A stretch of DNA of 64,000 nucleotides, taken from contig NC_043000.1 of the NCBI RefSeq assembly GCF_006345805.1, positions 73,160,001-73,224,000 on the forward strand, given 5' to 3'. Under the pieces are notes generated by a model that saw only the letters and a program-made list of their open reading frames with translations, did not search any database and was not told where the DNA came from. The position numbers and the translations under genes were made by a program. Below are positions 10,931 through 22,879 of the stretch, one piece after another (positions within the stretch are counted from its first letter, which is position 1; each line of letters begins with the position of its first letter). The stretch is from Octopus sinensis (Eukaryota).

Positions 10931-11139
10931 AGAGAAAGGTGAAGTTGACTTACTTTACCTCCTCATGAAGTCATAGGGGCACTGCTGTAGCATATGACAT
11001 GACTTGTGCCTGTTTGGAAGCCTATTCAAGTCAGATTACTGCTGATTTCTTCTAGAAAGGCAGACAGTAAAGAAAAAGAGAAAAGAATCAATCTTCATTA
11101 GAGTTCCTGTGTATACTTAGTGTTTATTGCTCCTGCACA

Positions 11140-11690
11140 TCTGCAACAAAATCTATTTTCTCTTAATCTTTCAGTGATTCTACTGTACCTCTTGTTTGTC
11201 CATTTTGCAGTGGTCCATATGATTGGGAAGTAACCTTTATCAGTATTGAAAGAGGCTTTACTGAAATTAATGATAAGGACTTTGGTATTATCATGCATGC
11301 CAGAAAAAAACCCGACTGTCAAGGATTTTTTTTACCTTGGTCAAGTGTACTGACCTGGAAGGCTCTTTCTATGAAACAATGGAAGCATTTGACAATGCTG
11401 ATGTTTGTGACCTAATAGGCCTTCTTTCTATATATGCTTAGTGAGAAGTTCCCTTCAACTAGCTTTTGCCTATATAGGGACAAAACCTTGACATTATCAA
11501 GGAGGGCAAATGGCCACACATTCATTGGGCTTGGGAAAAAATCTAACTCATGCCTTTGATTCTGGTGGGATCAAAGTCACAATGGAGACTAACTTAAAAG
11601 TGGCTGATTTTCTGGATGTGATAGTGGATCTAGACACAAGTTCCTATAAACCTTACAGAAACCAAATGAGAGGGTAACATGTATGAATGA
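11140..11690 (+). mobile_element. Penelope-like RT remnant
   Basis: Frameshifted translation gives IIMHARK, ETMEAFDNADVCDLIG, LYRD and ETNLKVADFLDVIVDLDTSSYKPYR. Confidence 0.75.
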
Positions 11691-12865
11691 TAGCGTAAAT
11701 TTTTTTTATTTATTTAGTTTTTATCACATCTTTTTTAGTAAGTGAGTGTGTGAGTGATTTACTGAGAGAGAGAGGAGAGATAGGTGTTGTCATGTATGTT
11801 TAAAATGGATAGGATCTGTTACAAACACACACAAACACAAACGTCTACCATGTATACATATATGCATAAATACATATGCATACATGTTTCTCAAGTGAAT
11901 GAGCATTTAAAATTTTTTAAATGGTGTCACACACTTTCTCCCTCTCTCTCACTCACACACAGAGCAAGACACCTTCTCTCTCTTTGACAACACCTCTCTC
12001 TCTTTCAGTCAAACACACAATTAGCAAAAAAAGATGTGAGAAAAAGTAAATAAATAAAATTCTCTCTCTTTCTCTCACACACACACACACACACTCTTTC
12101 TCTCTCTCCCTCTTTCCGACAACATACTCCTCTCTCTCTCTCTCTGTCAATTACTCACACTCAAAAAGGATGGGAGGAAAAACAAATAAAAAATGTATGC
12201 TGTTCTTTCCCTCACACACACACACACGCACGCAAACACACAAACACACACACAACACACATTTTCTGTCTCGCACCCCTCATCAACATACACACGCGTC
12301 CCTCACGGACTTTGTCAGTGAACAGGTCGCGGATTTTAGCGACGAAAATATTTTGACAAATTAAACTCGTAAATGTTGAAGTGAATCGAACGGCTTTTGT
12401 GTATTTCTTAAATGACTTACAAACACCTTCTACGCTGCAATTATTTTCGTTCCAGCACACGATCTCAGATCAAATCACTTGCTATGTGAGTACATCTCCG
12501 AAATAAATAATGTCTGCAAAGTACTGTTTGAGTTTGTGGATGTTTCTCTAAGACTGAAGCGATACATACACACACACACCCACACACACATCTTCTGGTG
12601 TAAGGGAGACAATCAATTTCTGACTATTACTTCGCAAAGAGTTACCTCCCTTCTAACTATAGAAGGTTTTTTTTTTCTGACCTTCTGAACCTGGATGCCC
12701 CATTACTCCATAAGTGATAAATCTAAAGATTGTAGAACCTTCTGTGAAACATAAGGGATATATTTGCTGAGCATGAACGAAATTGGATGAAAAATATTGA
12801 TTTTACATGGTATCAAGCTAAAGGTCAGTCTCACACACACATACACCTTACATCTTATATATATG

Positions 12866-13278
12866 TCTGTATATATATATAAGGCAAGATGTGTGTGCGT
12901 GTATGTGTGTGTGTGTGTACGTGATTGTAGTTTATGTACATCCACAAATTTGCACGCATGTCGCTCAAATTTTAGGAGGATATTCGTCAACATTATCTGG
13001 GTTTTGTCAACTTATTTTTTTCCTGAGGCACCCGTGGATAGCGTAAAATTCTATTTTCAACCATAGCTTTTAGCCATAAAAATTATCAGCCATTGCTTTT
13101 TGACGGCGTCTAACAAAAAAAAAAGATAAAGAAAAGTGGAAGAAAGAGGCAGAGAGTTTCATGGGAAAGACAAAGTGAGAGAGGGAGAGAGAGATTACTT
13201 AGTTTGGTTTGAAATAAAGAACTTGATTAGCTTAATAATCATAACTTAATCCTGGGCAAGGCCGGGTTATACTGCTAG
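12866..13278 (+). mobile_element. Non-autonomous Helitron-like element
   Basis: TCTGTATATATATATAAGG 5' end; CCTGGGCAAGGCCGGG-TTATACTG-CTAG|T 3' end. Body homologous to 7977-8501. Confidence 0.68.
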
Positions 13279-13287
13279 TATATATAT

Positions 13288-13451
13288 AATCAAAATAAAC
13301 AACAAGGATATCCAGAGGTAATGCAGTACGATCGTTTCATGCGACTCCATTTAATTGAACAATGCAAATATTTGCATTGTTCAATTAAATGGAGTCACAT
13401 GAAATGATTGTACTGCATTACCTCTGGATATCCTTGTTGCTTATTTTGATT
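13288..13451. repeat. 164-bp near-perfect palindrome (no spacer)
   Basis: Centre GCAAAT|ATTTGC at 13369/13370. The arms pair out to AATCAAAATAA / TTATTTTGATT with few mismatches. Confidence 0.95.
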
Positions 13452-14101
13452 GTAATCACCCCATTTTGAATTATATGGATAATACCATACTAAATTCTGG
13501 TGTCTTTAACTTAAGTACCATATTCAACTGAATCTAAATTTTACTGAACTTATATATATATACATATACACACACAAATGCACACACACATACATATATA
13601 AACACACATACACACTCAGGCATATTCATATAAATTATTCAAACATTTTTAGAAATATAACAAAAGCATAGATATGGAATGGCTAAAAAGATGTTTAAGG
13701 GTATATATATATATATATATATCCGCACACACACAGACACATACACCACACATATATATATAATCCATAACCATTAATTATATATATATTTGTTGTGGCA
13801 GGAGTACGATACCCCCTGATGAGAATAGACAGGACCCCTCCATATAAATAGCAGTGGTCTAACATAGTCGGCAGTTAGTAGTGTATGTGTGTCTATATAT
13901 ATATATATATGTTTGTATGTTTATATGTAGGTTTGTATATCTATGTGTATATACTAGTTGTGTACTTTTATATATTTTTCTTGTATGTATATATCTGTGT
14001 ATCTACGTATATAAATGTAAAAATCTGTGTATAAGTCTATGTACATGTACATGTGTATATATATGTATTCATATATGTGTGTGTATGTATGTATATGTAT
14101 A

Positions 14102-15830
14102 TCATCATCATCATCGTTTAGCGTCCGCTTTCCATGCTAGCATGGGTTGGACGGGTCAACTGGGGTCTGTGAAGCTGGAAGGCTTCGTCAGGCCCAGTCA
14201 GATCTGGCAGTGTTTCTACGGCTGGATGCCCTTCCTAACGCCAACCACTCCGCGAGTGTAGTGGGTGTTTTTTACGTGCCACCTGCACAGGTGCCAGACA
14301 GAGCTGGCAAACGGCCACAAACGGATGGTGCTTTTACGTGTCACCGGCACAGGGCCAGGCGATGCTGGCAACGGACACGAATGGATGGTGCTTTTACATG
14401 CCACCGACACGGGGCCAGACAGAGCTGGCAAACGGCCACGAACGGATGGTGCTTTTACGTGTCACCGGCACGGGGGCCAGCCGAGGCTGGCAACGGACGC
14501 GAACGGATGGTGCTTTTACGTGCCACCGACACGGTTGCCAGACAGAGCTGGCAAACGGCCACGAGCGGACGGTGCTTTTACGTGTCACCGGCACGGGGGC
14601 CAGCCGAGGCTGGCAACGGACACGAACGGATGGTACTTTTACGTGCCACCGACACGGGGCCAGACAGAGCTGGCAAACGGCCATGAACGGATGGTGCTTT
14701 TACGTGCCACCGACACGGGGCCAGACAGAGCTGGCAAACGGCCACGAACGGACGGTGCTTTTACGTGTCACCGGCACGGGGCCAGGCGAGGCTGGCAACG
14801 AACACGAACGGATGGTGCTTTTACGTGCCACCGACACGGGGCCAGGCAGAGCTGGCAAACGGCCACGAGCGAATGGTGCTTTTACGTATCACCGGCACGG
14901 GTGCCAGACGAGGCTGACAGCGGACATGAACGGATGGGTCACTTAACCCCTGCTTTCTGATATATGATTTGATTTTGATTGTTCTCACTGGTTTTGCCGG
15001 GTCTTCTCACACACAGCATACTTCCATAGGTCTCGGTCTCTGGTCATTTCCTTGGTGAGACCTAGAGTTCGAAGGTCATGCTTCACCACCTCGACCCAGG
15101 TTTTCCTTGGTCTACCTCTTCCACAGGTCCCCTCAACTGCCAGGGTGTGGCACTTTTTCACACACCTATCTTCATCCATTCTCACCACATGACCATACCA
15201 GCGCAATCGTCTCTCTTGCACACAACATCTGATTCCTCTTAGGTCCAACTTTTCTCTCAAGGTACTTACACTCTGTCGACTATGAACACTGACATTACAC
15301 ATCCAACGGAGCATACTAGCTTCATTTCACGCGAGCTTACGCATGTCCTCAGCAGTCACAGCCCATGTTTCACTGCCATGTAGCATGGCTGTTCGTACAC
15401 ATGTATCATACAGTCTGCCTTTTACTCTGAGCGAGAGGCCTTTAGTCACCAACAGAGGTAAGAGCTCCCTAAACTTTGCCCAGGCTATTCTTACTCTAGC
15501 CGTTACACTTTCAGCACACCCACCCCCACTACTGACTTGGTCACCAAGATAACGGAAGCTATCAACTACTTCTAGTTTTTCCCCCTGGAAAGTGACGGAA
15601 GTTGTTTTCTGCAGATTTTCAGAGGTTAATGCTCCCGAGCATCTGCCACATACAAAAACCATCTTCCTAGTTAGCCTTCCTATGAAATTGCTGCACCTCT
15701 TATGTGTCCATAGCTTACACTTGGTGCATCTTATAGAGTTTCTACCTACACCTTTTCTACAGATCGAGCAGGGCCATCTACCTGAAGGCATTTGTGATTT
15801 GTCTACCTTCCTACTTATTAGGACTTTGGT
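14102..15830 (-). mobile_element. 5'-truncated RTE-clade LINE (RT C-terminus with PHD finger, arrayed 3' UTR, (GAT)n tail)
   Basis: ORFs 15327-15830 and 14985-15314 (EKLEVVDSFRYLGDQV..RIAWAKFRELLPLL..AMLHGSETW..RRLRWYGHV..RGRPRKTW). One frameshift. Confidence 0.95.
14265..14938. repeat. GC-rich minisatellite, 11 units of ~60-62 bp, two variants (order ABABABAABAB)
   Basis: A: ..TACGTGCCACCGACACGGGGCCAGACAGAGCTGGCAAACGGCCACG. B: ..TACGTGTCACCGGCACGGGGGCCAGCCGAGGCTGGCAACGGACACG. Lies in the RTE 3' UTR. Confidence 0.93.
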
Positions 15831-16213
15831 ATATATATTTGAATATATATATATATATGAATATGCGAATATATCTATATATATATATATGAATATGCGA
15901 ATATATCTATATATATATATATGTGTGTGTGTGAATATATGTATATCTTTAAGTTTTGTCATCTTAATTTTTTAGTGGATTAATTCATAATATTTTTAAC
16001 CTTTCTAGTGCAAATCCTTGTAGTTACTGTAAAATACATAATTATATTATTAATTAGTAATCTAACATTAATTACATACTACAAATAAGATGTCTTCATT
16101 ATACTAAATAATTATATGTATGAATGCATTAATTTAATTTATTAATTAATTGATGATGATGATAATAAATGAATAGTTTTTTTTTTACATACTAACTAAA
16201 TTTAATAATCACA

Positions 16214-16267
16214 ATCATCATCATCATCGTCGTTTAACGTCCGTTCTCCATGCTAGCATGGGTTGGA
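16214..16267 (-). mobile_element. Extreme 3' tail of the RTE LINE (~55 bp)
   Basis: (CAT)n-CGTCGTTTAACGTCCGTTCTCCATGCTAGCATGGGTTGGAC is homologous to 14102-14155. Confidence 0.75.
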
Positions 16268-17000
16268 CAATAATAATTATTATAGTATAGTACAGTTTAT
16301 AACTTGTATTCTTATTACAACAATATAATTTTGTTACTCCTGAAAGAATTAATAAAATTTGGATATATACTATTTATAGTCTTTATCTAAAACGTAATAT
16401 TAATTAAATTTATCAAGGATCAGTACTCAATCCTTGCTTTTGTTTATCCTACTTTATTTTATTTACTAAGTCCTCCCTTCCATAAAATACGAATATAGGG
16501 TCATTTACTTTTTAGTTACTGTGAATAATCCTTATTTAAGTAACTTCAAATTTGGTTACTTCTGAAAACTAGTAATATTTTGATATCCATTAATTCTATA
16601 TCTATGGGGTTCTATAGGTTATAGTTATTGTAGCTCTAACTTTATCTTCTTATTTATTATGAAAGTCTTCCTCCAATAAATTAAGTAAATAAAGAACATT
16701 TTCGTTAGGTTTCTCTTTATATTTATTACAGAATTCTCCTTTTGATAAACTAAATAAAGAACATTTTTTTGTTAGTTACCTTAAACAATTTTTTTAATAT
16801 CAATAACTTTAAATAAGAGTGGTGATGCATTACCAATATAATACTGTATTATCATTTATATTTATTTACATGTTTTATTACAGTCTCTAGATTAAGTAAG
16901 ACCCTGACACTTAATTTATATACCTATATATTGTTGTTGTATGTTATTATAATAGCCAAAGATTGTCTTCGATCTAAACAAATTTGGATTAATATTATTT

Positions 17001-17225
17001 GAGCTGGCAGAATCATTAGCACACGGGGTGAAATGCTTAATGGTATTTCGTCTGCCATTATGATCTGAGTTCAAATTCTGCTGAGGTTGGCTTTGCCTTT
17101 CATCCTTTCAGGGTCGATTAAATAAGTACAAGTTGCACACTGGAGTCATGTAATTGATTTACTCCCCTTGATTGTCCTTGTTTGTCCCCTCTGTGTTTAG
17201 CCCCTTGTGGGCAATAAAGAAATAA
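17001..17225 (+). mobile_element. tRNA-derived SINE (family B) with a Nin/Deu-domain-like core
   Basis: Head TGGCAGAATCATTAG..GAGTTCAAATTC; core GCCTTTCATCCTTTCAGGGTCGATTAAATAAGTAC; A-rich tail. The domain assignment is from recalled consensus. Confidence 0.6.
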
Positions 17226-18379
17226 ATATTATTTGAGATATATAGAAATATATTTTGATAGTTATGGATTCTGTAGAACGACCGTGCGAAAGGGAGAGGT
17301 GACGAATGAATGACTCCTTTAAACACCACACGGTCGCCTTACAATAAAAGCCAAAATGGAATAAATGAATAAGAGTGCCAGAAAGGAAAAGAGAAAGATG
17401 ACACAACGGTTAGAAAGTTTAAGAGAAAGGTTTTATTTAGATGCTAGCAGAGTGTGTGTCCATGTGTGCGTCATAAATACATAAGAACAATAATAGACAG
17501 GATGTCAAGCATACATAATGTGTATGTGTGTTAGCAGAGTGTATCTGTGTGTGCGCCAGTAAGTACATATATGATAAGAATGATAATAATAGACAGACCG
17601 TCAAGCATACAATAATGTGTATGTGTGTACAAACAAGGGTGTATGTGTTTGAGATAAAATACAGAGCATAGAAAGATGTCTATAACAGGACACTAGAAAT
17701 AGTTCAGACACAATGAAGATAAATATCAGTTCATAGTAATGAACGCAATAGTAGACGTTCTGTAACAAAGAAGCTGAGGCGACAATTGCAGAGCCGGTTG
17801 AACACATGTCGTGTAGCGGTTGTGGCTTCTATGCTGTGCTGGGTTACGTTGCACAGAAAGTATTCACAGGTTGAGCTTACTGTTAACCATGGTGAAATAT
17901 TCACAAAAAGTGAGAAGTTAAACCTAGACAAAGTTGCTGTTGGTGTCTTTAAGATGATGGAGATGGAGGTATCGTTAAGATGAAGGCAACAGAGATGGAG
18001 GTGATGTTAAGATGAAGGCGATGTAGGTGGAGGTCCGGAAATACTGTTCGTGTTAGTGTAGTCGCTGTCTGTTGCTGGAACTGGTTGTCTGTCGCTGGGT
18101 GCTCTGTGGTCAGAGGTTAGTCCTTAGAAGCACTAGAACCAAAGATGCTTGATTTGATCAATCGCTGTGTCTTATAGCAAATTATAGGCTCCAGCAGAGA
18201 ATTTAGAAGACTGTGTCACGGGACCTTATCAGAAGGTTGTGATTGGTTGGGTTGCACAGTGGCGCATAATACAGCAAGAAACAAATTGCGCCAATACCAA
18301 CAAATCAGAGGAGTGGACATAACAGGGCCAAAGCAGCTGAAGGTTAGCTGTTATCTGCTATGTCCGTATTTATGCTATA

Positions 18380-18720
18380 TTACCAAACACAGATGTTAGT
18401 GGGGGAATGGTTGGCCAAGTGGAAGTGACGAGCGACGGAAGAGTTGGAATGTAGCCGAACATCCCCTAGATGTTCGGTGAACCGGTTGGCCAGTCGGCGG
18501 CCCGTCTGACCTACATAAAGCATCCCACAGAGGTTGCATTTAATGCAGTAAATGAGTACAGTTTGTTGGTTGGAACCAGTGATGGAAGTGGTGTTGGTGG
18601 CAACAGGATATATATTCAGTTGAATTAGGTTGAGGTACCAAGTCAGTCCAGTAAGTATTGTCTGCACAACTCGAAGTTAGGTGAATAAAGAGCAAGTAAG
18701 TGACGAGGATGTCCAGGTAT
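18380..18720 (-). mobile_element. Penelope-like GIY-YIG endonuclease fragment
   Basis: VLIYCIKCNLCGMLYVGQTGRRLANRFTEHLGDVR..VARHF (GIY-YIG motifs). Confidence 0.85.
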
Positions 18721-18976
18721 CAGTGGCTCCATTTAATCGATCAATACAAACATTACATCAAGCTAATTATAAAATAAATAAAATAAGATAAAGATACCAT
18801 TGAGAATGGTTTTATAAGCTTGAAATCCCCTGACTTGAAGTAGCTTAAAAAAAGATAGATTTCTGAAAACAAATTGAGAAATCATAAAACCATATTTTTG
18901 TTGAAGTCAAATTTTAAAATGAAGAATGTAAAATAAAGCTGCAAAAATATTTTATTATTTTCTTTTCACTAGTAAA

Positions 18977-19302
18977 TCATGCTCTAGAAATAATTTTTTG
19001 AAGAGACCTGATAAGTTTGTCTGTTACTATCTGCCGTTGACCTTTGATTGATGGTTGCATACATTCTTTGATAAGATCACCTAAAAACCACTTTTGCTCA
19101 ATGTTCCAAGGTATGTGATGTAAGAGACCATATGTAGTAGCACCAGAGTATGCATACTTAGATAGCAGGCTGCGACAAACACCATAATAATTGTGGTCTG
19201 CATCTAAATGCAAACATAACTGTTTGTCAGAGAAACTAATGCAATCTGAATCACATTCATCATAGACACTCTCTGCTGGTTGGTTCCATCCAGGGGGTTT
19301 CA
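18977..19302 (-). CDS. DIPK2A: DIPK2A/C3orf58 (DIA1) homologue, exon 4 (terminal)
   Basis: ttccag|TG AAA CCC, phase 1. KPPGWNQPAESVYDECDSDCISFSDKQLCLHLDADHNYYGVCRSLLS..GLLHHIP..ECMQP..*; DHNYY.VC..LLS and GLLH.P are DIPK2A hallmarks. Confidence 0.93.
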
Positions 19303-20355
19303 CTGGAACAACAGAAATATCAAAATCACAAAAAGTACGAATCACTAGTTTTGAAGATGAGGAACAATAATTATTTGGAAATTCAAATGGAGAAATAGCA
19401 GAATAACTGGTTGTGCCAGACCCTTGAGAACTATCATAAATACAGATGACAAGAATTTAATGATTCAGAGACATAGGGCATTTTGCATCTTAATGATATT
19501 GTTTTTAATTACAGAATCTTTTGAAGTTTAAAGGTAATAAGAATGAGTCACAAAGGCTAAGGTAGCAGGCACATCTAAAGAGAAAATTAGTTCACTATGC
19601 AGGAAAGGCACTAAGAATGTGAAATCAGTGAAAATGAGATACTGTAGCTTCTAGTAGATTTAAGCTCTTATATGTGAGATAAGAGAAAGCTGTCAAAGCA
19701 AAGTGGATAATATGTAGGTAAATGTCTAAAATCCAAGAAACCTGATGAGGGTCTACATTAGTAATAATGGTAATGGTTAATCCAAGCAAGTTTGTTGGGT
19801 GTCAATAAATTTGGTTCACATGACAAATGAAAAAAAGCGAAAAACTTTTGCTTTGAGCTATAATGCTCCATTGGAATGTAATGTTGAAGTAATACAAGAT
19901 GGAAGTCCAAAAGGAATGTGAATAAATTATATAGAAAGAAAGAGGAGGAAAAAGTAATCACTATAAATTAGAGATGTGTGAAATAAGGGTAATAAAATGG
20001 GGTAAGGGATAAGGGAAAGAGCAAAGTGATTTGTGTTAGAGCTATTAGCCAGACTATCAAGCCATTGATGTAGACATTGTAAGCTGACTGAGAGTCTTCA
20101 GAACTTGGTGTTGGAAAACTCTAAAGATAGAGAAAGAGGAGGAGGTGAGGAAGTAAAATAGCAAGCTACAGGTTTCAGAAAATTCTGGATTTTATTTTAG
20201 ATACAAAGGTGATGTTTCTGGAACCAATTACTCAGGTAGCAAGTGGTTTCACCTCTATACAAAGCATTACAGTAAAAGCATGTGATATAGCATGCTAAAT
20301 TAGCAGAGATGCAATAAAAGTAGCCAGAACAGAGAACCCCTTGATTAGGAGGATA

Positions 20356-20745
20356 TACTCTTTACTCTCTTACTTGTTTCAGTTATTTGACTGCAGCCAT
20401 GCTGGAGTGCCACCTTTAGTTGAATAAATCGACCCCAGGACTTATTCTTTGTAAGCCTAGTACTTATTCTATCGGTCTCTTTTGCTGAACTACTAAGTTA
20501 CTAGGATGTAAACATACCAACATTGGTTGTCAAGCAATGGTGGGGGGACAAACACAAACACACAAATACACAAACACACACACACACACATGAAGAGCTT
20601 CTTTCAGTTTCTGTCTACTGAATCCACTCACAAGGCTTTGTTCAGTCCAAGGCTATAGAAGACACTTGCCTAAGGTGCCATGCAGTGGGACTGAACCTGG
20701 AACCATGTGGTTAGGAAGCAAGCTTCTTACCACACAGCCACTCCT
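20356..20745 (-). mobile_element. tRNA-derived SINE (family A), full length
   Basis: Same head, body and tail as 2589-3017. Confidence 0.88.
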
Positions 20746-21619
20746 GTAGGTTTTTGTTACATTTAAAGGAGAGATGTGGAAGTTGATGGAAAAGAGTGGA
20801 AGGTAGTGGCAGAGTTGAAGTGTGAAAGGTGATATAGTAGAGCAGAAGGGTAATGGAGTGGAAGATGGAAGGACTATTTTTCATGAGTAGACATGTATGG
20901 GGAAGAAGGTCAGTGATATGGTTGAAAGCTTGGACTTGACTGCAGGATTAGGATACACCCAAGCAAGCAGAAAGTGGTGCCTTTTGATTTGATTTTAAAA
21001 TCATAGTCACTGAAAGAAGGGGATGGTTTGTATAAAAAGGCAGAGAGTTAAGGTTGGTGATAGAAACAGATATCTGAGAAATTGCTGGAGGTATCCAAGA
21101 TGTTGAAAGTGAATTCCAGTGTAGAGTGGAGGACATTTGCAAAGGAAACAAAGGTGTGCAAGTCCTTGGTGAGTAAAATGGCATGAATATAAAGACTGAA
21201 TAGATTAATAGTTGGTCCAGTTACTGAGCAAAAATTAGAGCATCAAGATAGGTTAGTTTAATTAGAAGTTATCTTTGTGCTGATGAGCATTTCAGCAACC
21301 TGATGACAGAACTCTCTTGTAAAAAAGAAGCAGTTTAATGTAAGAATGAGTTTAGTGAGGCAAGAACTTAAGGATTAAGATGACTGACTTGTCTTTACCA
21401 TTATACAATATGTATATGTATCAGTTTTACTATGGCAATCAAACTTTCCTAGATAAGGTGTAGGTTGCTTGGCTAAAGAGGAGAGAATGCAAATTAACTC
21501 ATTAGTGTTGTGCTCATAATTTTTCTACTACTTCCAGAAAGAGAAGTGGGATGGAGAGAGTTCAGAATCAAAATGACAATTTATGTTATTGAAAAAATAC
21601 TTGAATTTATAGAACTTAC

Positions 21620-21797
21620 ATTTTGCTAGCTCTAGTCTGTCAACCACAATGATATTCTCAACATCCACAATTTTCACCTGACCTTTTGAGTTTACAGCTA
21701 AGTTGTCCATTTTTATATCAGTCCAATAAAGAGACCAACCATCAGAGCTGTTGGATAGTTTCACTGCCATCATTAAAATTTGTAATGTTAGGTTAGC
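21620..21797 (-). CDS. DIPK2A: DIPK2A homologue, exon 3
   Basis: tttcag|GCT...AAAT|gtaagt, 178 bp, phase 0 to 1. ANLTLQILMMAVKLSNSSDGWSLYWTDIKMDNLAVNSKGQVKIVDVENIIVVDRLELAK contains the catalytic loop and DFG-equivalent. Confidence 0.93.
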
Positions 21798-22637
21798 CTG
21801 AAAAATATGGGGATACAAAATAAAATGGAATACAGAAATGAAATTAATTTGAATGAACAAATATTATATATTCACATTGACAATTCTTGTAGGAAATTTT
21901 GGAATCAAATTTACCTAGATTTAAAGATATCAAGTTACAGAAAATTTCGAAATAATAAAGATGGCAAATAAGAAAAAAGACAAAAGCAAGATATCATCAT
22001 GTTCATCATTTTGCATCCATTTTCCATACTGGGATAGGCTGGTCTGAGTTGGTTCTTATTTGGAGTTAAGTCATACACCATGTCTCACTCACATATTTTA
22101 CTCACATAGTGGAAGGAACAGAGTGATATGAGAAAGAGGGTGGTAGAGAAGGGAATAATAGAAGAGAAATGGCATGTATATGTCTGCTGGTAAGACTGAA
22201 CAGAAACACAGCCTGAACGGAATGGTGAAGGATGAGAGAATGAGAGGGTAGGATATGGAAGATGGAGTGAGAGAGATAGGTGAAGAAAGAGAATAATGTA
22301 TGTTGTAAGCTGGAAATATGTAGTGATGTACTTGTTTAGAACTGTGCAACTAATAAGTTTTTCAAAAAGAAGGGCTATGTTACCAAAACCAGAGTGACTG
22401 GTGTTTCATAAAAAATGTGGTGGATTAACAAGTGTGTGGTGGGGCTGAAGGGGTTAATATGTGTGTGTGTGTGGGGGAGGATTTGGCAGGTGCTCATATC
22501 TTTAACCCCATGGGTGAGTGCATATTAGTATGTGTATGGGTCCTCAGGATATGATAGAGGAAGGACCAATAGTGGAGGTCCTAGCATTTATAATTATACT
22601 AGAGTTTGTAAGTAAGCCATCACATATTTTCTCTCAT

Positions 22638-22790
22638 GACGTTTCAGTCCAGATGTTTAGACAGGTATTTAAGAGTTTTTTAATGAAATATTTTTCTCAG
22701 CTATACATAGCCTGCACTTTCTGCTACTGTTAAAATAAAGCATACCATACACTCCTCCAGGATTCTCAATTTCATGTTGTAATTTCCTTC
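22638..22790 (-). mobile_element. Penelope-like endonuclease C-terminus followed by a degenerate minimal HHR
   Basis: Minus translation SSRKCRLCIAEKNI (PLE SKRCNLCL.EK..I), then CTAAACA-TCTGGACT-GAAACGTC at 22662->22638. Confidence 0.6.
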
Positions 22791-22879
22791 AATGACTGTA
22801 TAGGCCTAGCCAGGGCTGTAACATTGAGTCTCACCTGGGTATTAGAAAGGGACTAATGGTAATTACTCCAATTTCACAG

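Noticed and set aside
13816-13822. Isolated CTGATGA motifs (also 19742, 21280, 21300 and 49343) as hammerheads
   Set aside because: No stem II followed by GAAA, stem III and UH was found downstream.
14265-14938. CRISPR-like repeat/spacer appearance
   Set aside because: The variable parts are only two recurring variants rather than unique spacers, no cas genes are present, the context is eukaryotic, and the array lies in a LINE 3' UTR.
18209-18237. HHR-like CUGAUAA-GGUCCCGU-GACA-CAGUC downstream of the GIY-YIG fragment
   Set aside because: Both core halves are mutated and stem I does not pair. It is plausibly a fossil HHR but too degraded to call.
19700-21500. Possible PLE RT remnant in DIPK2A intron 3 (and a similar one at ~16300-16950)
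   Set aside because: Only faint motif resemblance and purine skew; it cannot be supported without a profile search.
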